A DNA stretch of 64,000 bases, taken from the IMG/VR virus record IMGVR_UViG_3300007770_000001; one strand, written 5' to 3'. The DNA is from a virus (Duplodnaviria > Caudoviricetes). The notes beneath the pieces were generated by a model that searched no databases, was not told the origin of the DNA, and saw only the letters and a list, made by a program, of their open reading frames with translations. This document shows positions 8,461 through 18,156 of the stretch, one piece after another; position 1 is the stretch's first letter; every line of letters begins with the position of its first letter. A program made the position numbers and the translations under genes.

Positions 8461-8865
8461 GTGCGCGGCCGGATAGAGATGTTCTCCCGTGACGCCATGT
8501 ACGGGAAATGTCTCTCCGGACGAACCTCCCACCACTTCCATGCCCTGTCCTTCCGTAGATTGAAGACAGGAGGCCCCTTTCCTATCGTAGGGGAGGAGGT
8601 GGAGATAGAGATCCAGTTCGGGAAGGTGTTCTCTGTACACCGTCTGGAGGAGCCCGAGGTCTTGACAGGAGAGGTGATCTCCTTCTGGGACGGGTCTGGG
8701 TGGATCAAAGTGGACAACAGCCCGCGATACTTCCTCCACGGAAGCGAGGTGGTATCTGGAGTACCCTATCCCGGTGCTCGGGTACGATTCTTTCGAGGAC
8801 ACCGGAACTTCCAGCCACGCGCCTGCTGGGTAGAGGTCCTCCAGGGGTCTTATGTCTCAGGATAG
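8461..8865 (+). CDS. protein with C-terminal cold-shock-like OB fold
   Basis: GEVISFWDGSGWIKV...YFLHGSEV...GARVRF...PRACWVEV. Confidence 0.6.
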   Translation: MRGRIEMFSRDAMYGKCLSGRTSHHFHALSFRRLKTGGPFPIVGEEVEIEIQFGKVFSVHRLEEPEVLTGEVISFWDGSGWIKVDNSPRYFLHGSEVVSGVPYPGARVRFFRGHRNFQPRACWVEVLQGSYVSG

Positions 8866-9439
8866 GAACAGGTTCGGCGGGAAGAATCCACACGGTGGGT
8901 ACACCCCCATGTCAGAGGATGAGCAGGAGGTCCTGGAGAGGCTGATTGCGTCCCGAGACCTCCACGTCCATCTCGTAGGTTGGGGGATCATCCACTCCCC
9001 CCACATCACGTTTGGAGATCTCCGGGTCAATATCCCGATCCAGATCACGTTCTCCGCCCCTGACGTACCTGTCCTGGTCCACTACTTCGACCTGGAACTC
9101 CGCACCGGCTCGGGCATCCTCTTGTTCGCGCAGCGCCAGTCAACTGTGTACAATCACCAGCCATTGGCCATTGGCACAGGAACAGTCCTGACCATGGTGT
9201 GGCACATCGCTATCCAGGACATGGATCCCAAACTGGTCAAGGCCATCAAGCCCGGAGCTATCGGCCTCACCTCACGTTGGATCGACCGAGATACCGGGGA
9301 GAAGACCCAGCTGGGGAACACGAGGATGACCTCTGAGGACCGGCTGGCTCTCCAGAACCTTCGCCAATGGGAACAGATTTCCCGCCAGGACACTCTCCAG
9401 CAAGCAGCGAAGGCCACCAAGAAGGCTGGGGGATCCTGA
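8852..9439 (+). CDS. hypothetical protein
   Basis: 195-aa ORF overlapping the previous stop. Confidence 0.65.
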   Translation: MSQDRNRFGGKNPHGGYTPMSEDEQEVLERLIASRDLHVHLVGWGIIHSPHITFGDLRVNIPIQITFSAPDVPVLVHYFDLELRTGSGILLFAQRQSTVYNHQPLAIGTGTVLTMVWHIAIQDMDPKLVKAIKPGAIGLTSRWIDRDTGEKTQLGNTRMTSEDRLALQNLRQWEQISRQDTLQQAAKATKKAGGS

Positions 9440-9480
9440 GGCGCGGTAACTGGGGCTGAACCCAACCCCCAGGTGCCCCA

Positions 9481-9810
9481 ATGGCCTCCGTCGCTCCGAT
9501 CAGCCCCAACGACATCACTCCCGCCAAGAAGTTGGCTCTCCCCGACGAGGTGGTCGAGGCGTTCAACCACCTCCTGGCGAAGAATTTCTCTGGGGGTCGG
9601 GCTCGGATCACCCAGAACGAGGCAATCGCGGAGATCCAGCGTCGTTGGCTCCAGAATCACAGCGCAGAGCTCGGACGACACGACATCTTCGACCGCCGCT
9701 GGCTGGACGTCGAGCCTCTCTACCGGGAGCAGGGCTGGGAAGTCTCCTACGACAAGCCTGGCTACAACGAGCGTTATGGGGCGTACTTCATCTTCAGCAG
9801 AGGCAAGTAG
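9481..9810 (+). CDS. conserved phage hypothetical protein
   Basis: PDEVVEAFN...WLDVEPLYREQGWEVSYDKPGYNE pattern recalled from large phages. Confidence 0.7.
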   Translation: MASVAPISPNDITPAKKLALPDEVVEAFNHLLAKNFSGGRARITQNEAIAEIQRRWLQNHSAELGRHDIFDRRWLDVEPLYREQGWEVSYDKPGYNERYGAYFIFSRGK

Positions 9811-10098
9811 ATGTCCCAAGGAAGAAACTACACGGCAGGGGAACGCGCGGTCGCGCTCCTCGGCGTCCTGGCAGGGAAGACGGACGAGGAGATCCAGGAG
9901 GTCCTGACCAAGGACCAGACTCGAACCGGCGCCACGCTCCGGGAAGTCTCCTCGAACTCATTGGCCATGCTGCGTCGCTCCTACCTCCCGAAGCTCTTCC
10001 CTGGGGTCTCAGGAGACCAGGAGAGGTGGGAGATCGCCTGGGGCCACATCACGAACCCGAAGACCCTGGGCGACCTCTCCCGCGATGAGTCTGTTTGA
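9811..10098 (+). CDS. hypothetical protein
   Basis: Abuts previous stop, GAGG upstream. Confidence 0.65.
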   Translation: MSQGRNYTAGERAVALLGVLAGKTDEEIQEVLTKDQTRTGATLREVSSNSLAMLRRSYLPKLFPGVSGDQERWEIAWGHITNPKTLGDLSRDESV

Positions 10099-10378
10099 TC
10101 AGATCACAGGCCAACCTGCGGCCACCAAAGTCCGGGCTCACCTGTGGCTGTACCACAAGATCAAGGGAGTCCGTGCTCTTGGAGGCCCTCCGTTCCTGAC
10201 TCTTGGGGAAGCGGAACAGGTACTCCGAAGCCATACAGGACTCCCCCTCGTGTTCAAGACTCCAGTAGGCGACGTGATGAAGCGCGTTTACGTTGAGAAG
10301 CTCAACGTCGCGGTAACTCTTCGAGAGGATGGCACAGTGCTGTCTGAGGCGCGGCTACCTCTGGAGTACGGGACATGA
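10085..10378 (+). CDS. hypothetical protein
   Basis: Overlap-coupled ORF. Confidence 0.6.
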   Translation: MSLFDQITGQPAATKVRAHLWLYHKIKGVRALGGPPFLTLGEAEQVLRSHTGLPLVFKTPVGDVMKRVYVEKLNVAVTLREDGTVLSEARLPLEYGT

Positions 10379-11172
10379 ACCAAGCGAGTCGGTCGGAGCT
10401 TCTCAAATCCTTGGAATGGTCGGGATCTCGCACTCTATGGAGCGTCGCTGGGGAGCCTCATACGGAGGTCTCCTGCTGTCCTCGTTGCCGAGGCTTTGAG
10501 ACAGTCCCCTCTCACTTCAAGGTGGGGGGCCCCCACTCCGGGTTCGCTACCGTGAATACACATCCGGACCATCTCGATGAGGTGGGGCACCAGGATGACT
10601 GTTCGTTGGCAGAGGCCATCAAGTCTCTGGAGACCGAACCTCAGATCTCCGAAGTCCTGACCCGCTCCTTCTGCGCCCTCACTGAGATGTGGGGCCGTCG
10701 CTACGACACTCCCTCAGATGATATCCCCGAGGTCTCCGAGGGAGAGCCCTTCGGTGCTCCTGTTGCGGTAGACGTGGGTCTTCTGGCAGAAGCCCAGACC
10801 CATCTGTTCGAGGTGGTCAAACACCTCCTCCCGGAGCTCTACGCGCAGATGACGAACGGAGGGGCTCCGGATGTTCCTCTTGCCAGGCCCCAAGAGAATC
10901 TGGTCGATTTGGACAAGCACCGGATCCAGACGGAGCTCGAGTTCCCCGACGAACAGGTCGCCTATGCCGAGTTCCTCTGGGGCCGCACCACCTTCGGGTA
11001 CAACCTGGCGATACGGGATCTGGAGCAGATGCGCAGAGGGAAGGATGACGGGTCTCTCCGGCCTCCGGAGACGTATCACGAGATCTTTCACCTGATCCGG
11101 AATCTCCGAGAGATGGCCTCCCACATCGCGCAGACCTACGGGTTGGAACCCATCCCAGAGGAGAAAGGCTGA
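10375..11172 (+). CDS. hypothetical protein
   Basis: ATGA overlap; 265 aa. Confidence 0.7.
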   Translation: MNQASRSELLKSLEWSGSRTLWSVAGEPHTEVSCCPRCRGFETVPSHFKVGGPHSGFATVNTHPDHLDEVGHQDDCSLAEAIKSLETEPQISEVLTRSFCALTEMWGRRYDTPSDDIPEVSEGEPFGAPVAVDVGLLAEAQTHLFEVVKHLLPELYAQMTNGGAPDVPLARPQENLVDLDKHRIQTELEFPDEQVAYAEFLWGRTTFGYNLAIRDLEQMRRGKDDGSLRPPETYHEIFHLIRNLREMASHIAQTYGLEPIPEEKG

Positions 11173-11756
11173 TGTACTCTACTTGGAAGGAGGGCCGCCT
11201 CACGAGGGGGGTCGTGACCCTCGATTGCTGCGGGGGGGTCTTGAACCACCTGACTGTGATCCTGGCCTACCATCCTGGAGATATCAGCGATAAGCCTGCC
11301 GTCATCCGAGAGGCTCCCGCAGGCCTGAGTTGGGGCTGGTCCGAGGATATTGCTCCTTTCCCGAAGGGCCATCCAGACCACCACAAGTCTCCGATGCGTG
11401 TCTGGCTGGATTCTCTCCCCGAGGAAGCCAAGAAGGAGACCATCTTCGAGCGCGCGACCCCGTATTGGAAGGCCCGCCCTGCGGTTGAGGTCAGTTCCCT
11501 CCTGTGGCGGAACAAGGAGCACTACAAGGAGCCCCTCCCTTCGGCGAAGTTCTGCCCTCACTGCGGAACCCCAGTCCCCGAGATACAACGTACCGACAAC
11601 CTCATAGGCCCTGTCTACAAGCCGTCCGCGGATGGGGACTACTGCGCGACCTGCGAGAGCCGAAGCGGATGTTGCTCATGTCTCCCCCCAACATTCCTCT
11701 GGGAGACAGTTCGTCCCGAGGTTACCCGCCAAACGGAGCCTTCTGATGGCACGTAA
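11172..11756 (+). CDS. hypothetical protein with C-terminal Zn-finger-like Cys motifs
   Basis: TGATG overlap; CPHC...CATC...CCSC. Confidence 0.65.
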   Translation: MYSTWKEGRLTRGVVTLDCCGGVLNHLTVILAYHPGDISDKPAVIREAPAGLSWGWSEDIAPFPKGHPDHHKSPMRVWLDSLPEEAKKETIFERATPYWKARPAVEVSSLLWRNKEHYKEPLPSAKFCPHCGTPVPEIQRTDNLIGPVYKPSADGDYCATCESRSGCCSCLPPTFLWETVRPEVTRQTEPSDGT

Positions 11757-11973
11757 CTTCAGCTTCCTTCCTGAGCACGGGGAAGGTGGACATATCGACT
11801 TGACTCTCCTGTCCCCCCTCGAGTACCTGCGGAACCGGGATGAGGAGGACCCCCAACCCCGGATGGCCCTGCTGACGGTACGGGGACGGGACAATGAGCT
11901 GACAGCAGTGGAGCTGGAAAAGCTCGGGCGGGCATGTTTCCGTTACGCCCGGCTTATCCGTGATGGGAGGTAG
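11746..11973 (+). CDS. hypothetical protein
   Basis: GGAG before ATG 11746 in the 11632 frame. Confidence 0.55.
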   Translation: MARNFSFLPEHGEGGHIDLTLLSPLEYLRNRDEEDPQPRMALLTVRGRDNELTAVELEKLGRACFRYARLIRDGR

Positions 11974-12041
11974 TTTCAGGGCTGGGGGAAAACCCCGACC
12001 TCTGGAGTGAAAACTCCCAAACTACTTTCGATCTGGAGTTT
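11969..12041 (+). other. candidate multi-stem intergenic RNA structure
   Basis: Closing stem 11969-76 with 12019-26 enclosing GGGG-GAAAA-CCCC and GGAGT-GAAA-ACTCC hairpins. Confidence 0.4.
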
Positions 12042-12085
12042 CCTTTCTGCTCTGTGGCGTTTACAATAGAAGTGCGGAGGTCCCT

Positions 12086-12265
12086 ATGTTGGTTTCTTCG
12101 TGCACGCCAACCTGGACAGAAAGACGGAACCTGAACCTGCTCTCGGAGCGGGAGAGCACCATCTACATCATGGGCCGCATTGCCCGTGGCGAGGATGTCC
12201 CCGCTTCGGTATGGGAGTTCCTGGTCCGGAAGAACCTGATCCAAGGTCCGGTGGCCAACGCCTGA
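12086..12265 (+). CDS. small hypothetical protein (59 aa)
   Basis: GGAGG SD; MLVSSCTPTWTERRNL... Confidence 0.55.
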   Translation: MLVSSCTPTWTERRNLNLLSERESTIYIMGRIARGEDVPASVWEFLVRKNLIQGPVANA

Positions 12266-12310
12266 CAATCCTGTGTCCTGTGCTGAATCCCCGTTCAGTT
12301 GGAGCATTCT

Positions 12311-12995
12311 ATGTCTCTCATCGTTGAGATCAGGGCTGCGGAAGGAGGAGAGGACGCCAAGCTCCTTGTCCTTCAGCAGTTGTCCGTGTACTCCAAGTTT
12401 GAGGCTCGGGGGTCCCTTTGACTTCACGTTGGAAGTTGTAGCTGAACGACCAGGCTACATTGCACTGAGGGTCACGGGGAAGGACGCACGGAGAGCCTTC
12501 CGCAACGAGGCTGGAGGCCACCGCTGGCAACGGGTTCCCCCGACGGAGAAGCGAGGGAGAGTCCACACGTCCACGATCACCGTGGCGGTGCTTCGAGAAC
12601 CCACTCCATCCCAGGTTCGGCTGGATCCCAAGGACCTGGATATCACGACCTGCCGTGGTTCCGGCAAGGGTGGGCAACACAAGAACGTGACGGACAGCGC
12701 TGTCCAGGTCAAACACAAGCCCTCTGGCATCATCGTACGGGCAGAGGCCGAGAGGTCTCAGAACCAGAATAAGGAGCTCGCCCTGGGCGTCCTTCGGGCC
12801 AAGCTCCAGGAAGTCCGTACAGAGGGCGAGAACACCCGTAGAAACGCTCGTAGAAGATCCCAGGTAGGCTGCGGGGCCCGCGGTGACAAGCGCCGTACAG
12901 TACGCCTACAGGCCGGCCAGGTCGTGGACCACATCACCGGGAGGAGGACCTCAGCGAAGTCCTATCTCAGGGGACAGCTGGAGAAGCTGTGGTAG
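12311..12995 (+). CDS. class-I peptide chain release factor (RF1-type PxT, GGQ, no domain 1), expressed via +1 frameshift; about 227 aa
   Basis: Frame 0 gives MSLIVEIRAAEGGEDAKLL...GSL* (RF domain-2 start); +1 frame gives ...NEAGGHRWQRVPPTEKRGRVHTS...GSGKGGQHKNVTDSAV...RSQNQNKELAL. Confidence 0.9.
12408..12422 (+). promoter_or_regulatory. prfB-type programmed +1 frameshift cassette
   Basis: GGGGG-TCC-CTT-TGA-C: internal SD, 3-nt spacer, in-frame CUU followed by UGA-C. Confidence 0.85.
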
Positions 12996-13563
12996 GGGGG
13001 ACAGCGCAGGTCAAGCACGTCTCCACACAGCCAGACTCTCCCTTGAAGAGCTTGGCATCGCAGGACTCAGCCCAGCAGCAGTTCTCCGAGGTTGGGTCCT
13101 GTCCACACGCAGCTTCCCATCCGAGACAGGAGGCCCAGGAGAGGTCAGGACACTGAGCCTCACAGTAAGCCTCGTTGTTCGTCTCCCGCGCGAGGGGAGG
13201 GAGTCCCACATAGCTCTCAGGCAGGAACGTGATGTTCGAGAAGTCCGGACGAGCAGTTCCCGGACTCTCCGCTCCGCCAGGTCCGTCGTTCGGAGGTCCG
13301 GGAGGGGTGCCTGAGCACACGCAGTTGGACTTGCAGTCGGTCTCGCAGTCCCCGTCGCAGAGGACCATGAAGCAGCACGCCGTATGATCTCCGGCGAGAC
13401 ACGCCACGTGGTAGCCTGCGCAGTCCCAGAACCCCAGGGAATCACACTCAGCTTTGCATCGAGAGTCGAGATTCGAGCAGTCCGGATTCCCAACGGAAGG
13501 GGTGGCGGGGGCCGGGGGCGCTGAGGCCGTCGTGTAGCACGCCAGGACAAGAGCAAGGATCAT
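12967..13563 (-). CDS. Cys-rich putative lipoprotein with two internal disulfide-type repeats
   Basis: MILALVLAC lipobox-like start; duplicated C-x3-C-x7-C-x6-C-x7/8-CC-x4-C pattern. Confidence 0.7.
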   Translation of the reverse strand: MILALVLACYTTASAPPAPATPSVGNPDCSNLDSRCKAECDSLGFWDCAGYHVACLAGDHTACCFMVLCDGDCETDCKSNCVCSGTPPGPPNDGPGGAESPGTARPDFSNITFLPESYVGLPPLARETNNEAYCEAQCPDLSWASCLGWEAACGQDPTSENCCWAESCDAKLFKGESGCVETCLTCAVPPTTASPAVP

Positions 13564-13594
13564 GAGATACCCCGGAGGTCCAAGATCCACCAAC

Positions 13595-14056
13595 CTACCC
13601 GAGCGGGGCGTTGGCCGCCCAGAGCTTCTCGAACTCTTCCTTGAAGGCCCGGACCACATAGCTGATGCGGATGATGACGAAGTTTTCCGCATTCCGCTCG
13701 GTGGCGCTCTTGGTGAAGTTGTAGGAACCTGTGAGTACAGCCTTGGGCGCGTTCCGACCGTCTCCGATCAGGAACTTGTTGTGCATGATCCCCTTCTGGT
13801 GATCCCTTCGCACGTCCACACCAGCTGCCTCGAGCTTCTCGTCGTCCGCGTATTTGTTCCCTGCCTGGGTCTTGTCCATAAGCACGCGGACGACGACTCC
13901 CCGCTGGTGTGCTCGGATGATCGCGTCCGCGATAGGGTCATGGGTCAGCGAGTAGATGGCCACGTCGCAGAAGGTATCACATCCGTCTATGAATCCGACC
14001 ACAACCTCGTCGGCGCCGCGATCTGGGCTGAAGTAAGTGCTGGCGTATCGTCCCAT
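13595..14056 (-). CDS. phospholipase D-family (Nuc-like) nuclease, single HKD
   Basis: YFSP, VAIYSLT, MHNKFLIGD, TGSYNFTKSA, NAEN. Confidence 0.9.
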   Translation of the reverse strand: MGRYASTYFSPDRGADEVVVGFIDGCDTFCDVAIYSLTHDPIADAIIRAHQRGVVVRVLMDKTQAGNKYADDEKLEAAGVDVRRDHQKGIMHNKFLIGDGRNAPKAVLTGSYNFTKSATERNAENFVIIRISYVVRAFKEEFEKLWAANAPLG

Positions 14057-14103
14057 GCGCCCCTCTCTGTATAGCCGAGGTAACTGTGGCATAGGAGAAA
14101 AAC

Positions 14104-14543
14104 ATGAGGATCCTTTTGGTTCGCCACGGTGAGTCCCTGGCCAACGTCGATCGTTCCGTCTACCTATCCACAGCGGACCATGCCGTGCCCCTGTCGGACC
14201 GCAGGTCACGGACGAGCATATCCAGGACCTCACCGACGGGGTCCGGAAGAAGTTCCGGGATCTTCTGTGCGAGAGGGAGCTCACGGAGTGGCTCAAGATC
14301 TACGAGAAAGATCTCACCCCGGATGAGCGTCTGGTGCAAGGGCACCACTACGTCTACGAGGCCCGGCTCGTAGACGACCAGGCTGTCCTTTGGGAGGTTG
14401 GCTTCGGAAGAGGGCATGTCACTCGGAGGGATTTCATTCGAAAATTCGACTTCGATCCTCTCGAAGTCCTCAAGGAGCGACTCCAGGCCAAGACGGACGC
14501 CGCGGATGCTCAAGACCTCTTCAAAGAGGTCGGACACCTCTGA
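14104..14543 (+). pseudogene. chimeric remnant: histidine phosphatase N-terminus joined out of frame to an unrelated 3' coding segment
   Basis: MRILLVRHGESLANVD...DHAVPLSDR (RHG motif) stops resembling the family near 14203; a different frame (about 14202-14543) is protein-like but has no start. Confidence 0.6.
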
Positions 14544-14558
14544 CCATAGGATACCTCC

Positions 14559-14882
14559 ATGGCTGAAAGACTCACCCTCAAGACCTACTACGCCCTCGTC
14601 GACCGACTTGCAATCGAGGCAGAGGCACGGAAGGAGGCATGGCCTCGAGAACGCGGCTACAAGGGTGGCTTGGAGTTCTCCCACGAGGTCGTCCAGGAGG
14701 AGGAGTCTCCCCATACCCAGGACCCCATTCTTGGTCTGGTTCTCCTCTCGTTCGCCTCCCGACCCGGTATTGCTTGGGAGGACTGCCCGATGCACAATCC
14801 GACCCGGGACTTCGCTCGGAACACCAGAATCCTGGCTCGTGAGGCCCTCATCTGGGATGTGTATCAACGCATGACGATTTGA
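14559..14882 (+). CDS. hypothetical protein
   Basis: 107-aa ORF, AGGA upstream. Confidence 0.6.
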   Translation: MAERLTLKTYYALVDRLAIEAEARKEAWPRERGYKGGLEFSHEVVQEEESPHTQDPILGLVLLSFASRPGIAWEDCPMHNPTRDFARNTRILAREALIWDVYQRMTI

Positions 14883-14883
14883 G

Positions 14884-14911
14884 GTTTCCTCACTCCTCCC
14901 AGCGACGTAAC
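14884..14911 (+). promoter_or_regulatory. promoter-like motif copy
   Basis: GTTTCC-N14-GACGTAAC then AAGGAG and ATG 14936. Confidence 0.75.
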
Positions 14912-14935
14912 GGTAGGGAAGGAAGGAGAAACCTC

Positions 14936-15031
14936 ATGGCCCAGATCGCCGACCAGATCGCCACTCGCCTCCTCGCGGCCTCCCGCGCCTACTACGGTGG
15001 CCGCGAGCCCTGTGGGCTTTCAGGATTCTGA
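14936..15031 (+). pseudogene. orphaned 5' fragment of NAD-dependent DNA ligase (31 aa)
   Basis: MAQIADQIATRLLAASRAYYGG parallels [22 protein letters not shown] at 16052; truncated where the endonuclease gene begins. Confidence 0.8.
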
Positions 15032-15964
15032 AGCGTTTTGCGCTTTCCTTCTTGCCCAACGTCTTTTTTGGGATTCGCTCATTTTCCTGCGGGTCTCGGC
15101 GGATGTTACTTTCCCCGTATGGGTTTTCCGGACAGCTTCAGAGACCTTATTCCTGAAGTCTGGATCTTCCCATTGAGATACCATCTTTGCTCTCGCCGCT
15201 TCTCTCCGGGTTCCGTCGTCCTGGGACCACGCTTCCAGAGAGCGTTGTCGAACCCTTTCACGAATCGTATTGCCACCTTTCTCCCACCGTTCCCGTTGGG
15301 CGGTTGACATCTTCTGCCGAGACTCCTCGGAGTGAGTCCGCCCTTCCCAGTATTTGTTGCCTTGGTGTGCCTCGCTGATCTTTCTACGGGTCTCGGCAGA
15401 CACGGTTTTCCCTCGGTGGGCTGCTCCAATCTTCTTTTTGGTTTCCGCTGTGTGCTTTTTACCTGTGGCTGCATCTGTTATCCTTCGGAGGGCGTCTGGG
15501 CTATGCACATGACCCCTCATCCGTTCTCTAATCTGCTCCACATGAGATTCTGACAGCTTCCTGCCCGACATCGCTCTGCTAATCTTGGCTCGGGTCTCCG
15601 GAGTGTGGGGAATCCCTATTCGGATTCGGCCCTTGGGGCATATATTGTATCCGGTGGTATGGGGTCTGAGGCGGTCTAACCATTTCTGTTCCGACTGCTC
15701 TACTCCTTCCGGAGAAACCTTTTCGAGGACACTCACTGAGAATGTCTCCTCCCCGTATTTTTCCCAGGCTCGTTGGAGCTTTTGGGAGTGATGGGACCCT
15801 CTCCTGAGACTCCGGAAATGTCCCATTAGACGAGTCCTGATATTGACAGATCCTCCGACATACACTTTTCCGTTCAGGGTGTTGCTGATCTGGTAGACTC
15901 CCGAGCATTTCCGAGGGTCTCCCCCTACATCCCGTATCGCAGCTTCAATTGTGGGCACGTCCAT
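15020..15964 (-). mobile_element. free-standing GIY-YIG homing endonuclease with NUMOD3 repeats
   Basis: SGVYQISNTLNGKVYVGGS...R...H; repeated HT/S-xET(R/K)xKIS NUMOD3 units; visibly more AT-rich than flanks. Confidence 0.9.
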
Positions 15965-16000
15965 ATGATGCCTCTTGAGATAGGCTGTCTATTATTGTAG

Positions 16001-17149
<1,149 letters not shown>

Positions 17150-17177
17150 GTTTCTACACCCAGGTCCTGGACGTAAC
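17150..17177 (+). promoter_or_regulatory. promoter-like motif copy between the ligase halves
   Basis: GTTTCT-N14-GACGTAAC then AAGGAG and ATG 17202. Confidence 0.75.
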
Positions 17178-17201
17178 AGTCTTGAGGAAGGAGTGACCAA
17201 C

Positions 17202-17996
17202 ATGTTCCAGGTGCCCACCAACTGCCCCTCCTGTGGTTTCGAGCTCGAGATGGACGGAGGATACCTGAAGTGCTGCGGGCCCACGTGCCCGGCGCAGGTA
17301 GTCGGTTCCCTCAACCGGTGGGTGGGGAAGCTCCGCATCCTCAACATCGGGAACGCTCTGATCCAGGCCCTGGTCGATGCCGGGCGTGTGTCGGATATCT
17401 CTGGCCTGTACAGGCTGGAAGAGTCCTGGCTGCGCGAGTTCGAGATCGATGGCCGCAAGGTGGGCGGAAACGCCCGGCGCGTGGTGGCCTCCCTGAACGC
17501 AGCGCGGGATATCCCCGTCGACATGTTCGTGGGGAGCCTCGGGATTCCTCTCTGCGGCCGCAAGATGGTCAGCATCCTGGTCGACGCCGGCTACGACGAC
17601 CTCAGCAAGCTCGCCAAGGTCACGACTGCTCAGATGGAAGCGGTCCCCGGGTTCGGCGCCGAGCGCGCTCGTAGCTTCCGTGCCGGCTTCGATGCATGCC
17701 GCTCTCTGATGCTCCAGATCATGGCCTCCGGAGTCGACGTGATCGCTCCGGTCCGCGCGGTGGCTACCGGAGATGCGATGGCCGGCCAGGCCGTGTGCTT
17801 CACGGGTGTCCGTGACAAGGAGGCTTCCGCGGCCATCGTGGATCAGGGCGGCAAGATCGCCAGCGGCGTGTCCAAGAACACCACCCTGTTGGTCGCGAAG
17901 AACCCCGCCTCCACCAGCGGCAAGGCCAAGAAGGCTCGCGCCCTGGGTATCGAGATCATCAGCCAGGCCGAGATGCGGTCCCGGCTCGGCCTCTGA
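17202..17996 (+). CDS. ligA: NAD-dependent DNA ligase, C-terminal part (Zn finger, HhH, BRCT)
   Basis: PTNCPSC...CCGPTCPAQ, LGIPLCG, VPGFG, VCFTG...GVSKNTTLLV...GKAKKARALGIEII. Confidence 0.9.
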   Translation: MFQVPTNCPSCGFELEMDGGYLKCCGPTCPAQVVGSLNRWVGKLRILNIGNALIQALVDAGRVSDISGLYRLEESWLREFEIDGRKVGGNARRVVASLNAARDIPVDMFVGSLGIPLCGRKMVSILVDAGYDDLSKLAKVTTAQMEAVPGFGAERARSFRAGFDACRSLMLQIMASGVDVIAPVRAVATGDAMAGQAVCFTGVRDKEASAAIVDQGGKIASGVSKNTTLLVAKNPASTSGKAKKARALGIEIISQAEMRSRLGL

Positions 17997-18003
17997 GGAC
18001 GCC

Positions 18004-18156
18004 ATGAACGGTCCTGCTGGATTCTGGATCACCTACGTCATTGCCCCGCTCGTGGGACTCGCAGCCGGCATCCGCAGACACCGGAACCCGCTGAAGGTCC
18101 TCTACGCGGTGGTCGTCATCGGCCTCTGCTACCACACCTATGGCTGTCAGTTCTGA
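18004..18156 (+). CDS. small membrane protein
   Basis: GAGGA SD; two hydrophobic segments. Confidence 0.6.
   Translation: MNGPAGFWITYVIAPLVGLAAGIRRHRNPLKVLYAVVVIGLCYHTYGCQF

Noticed and set aside
12273-12310. ORF-track start at 12273 for the release factor
   Set aside because: Its first about 49 residues do not resemble an RF; the real RF N-terminus is in another frame from ATG 12311.
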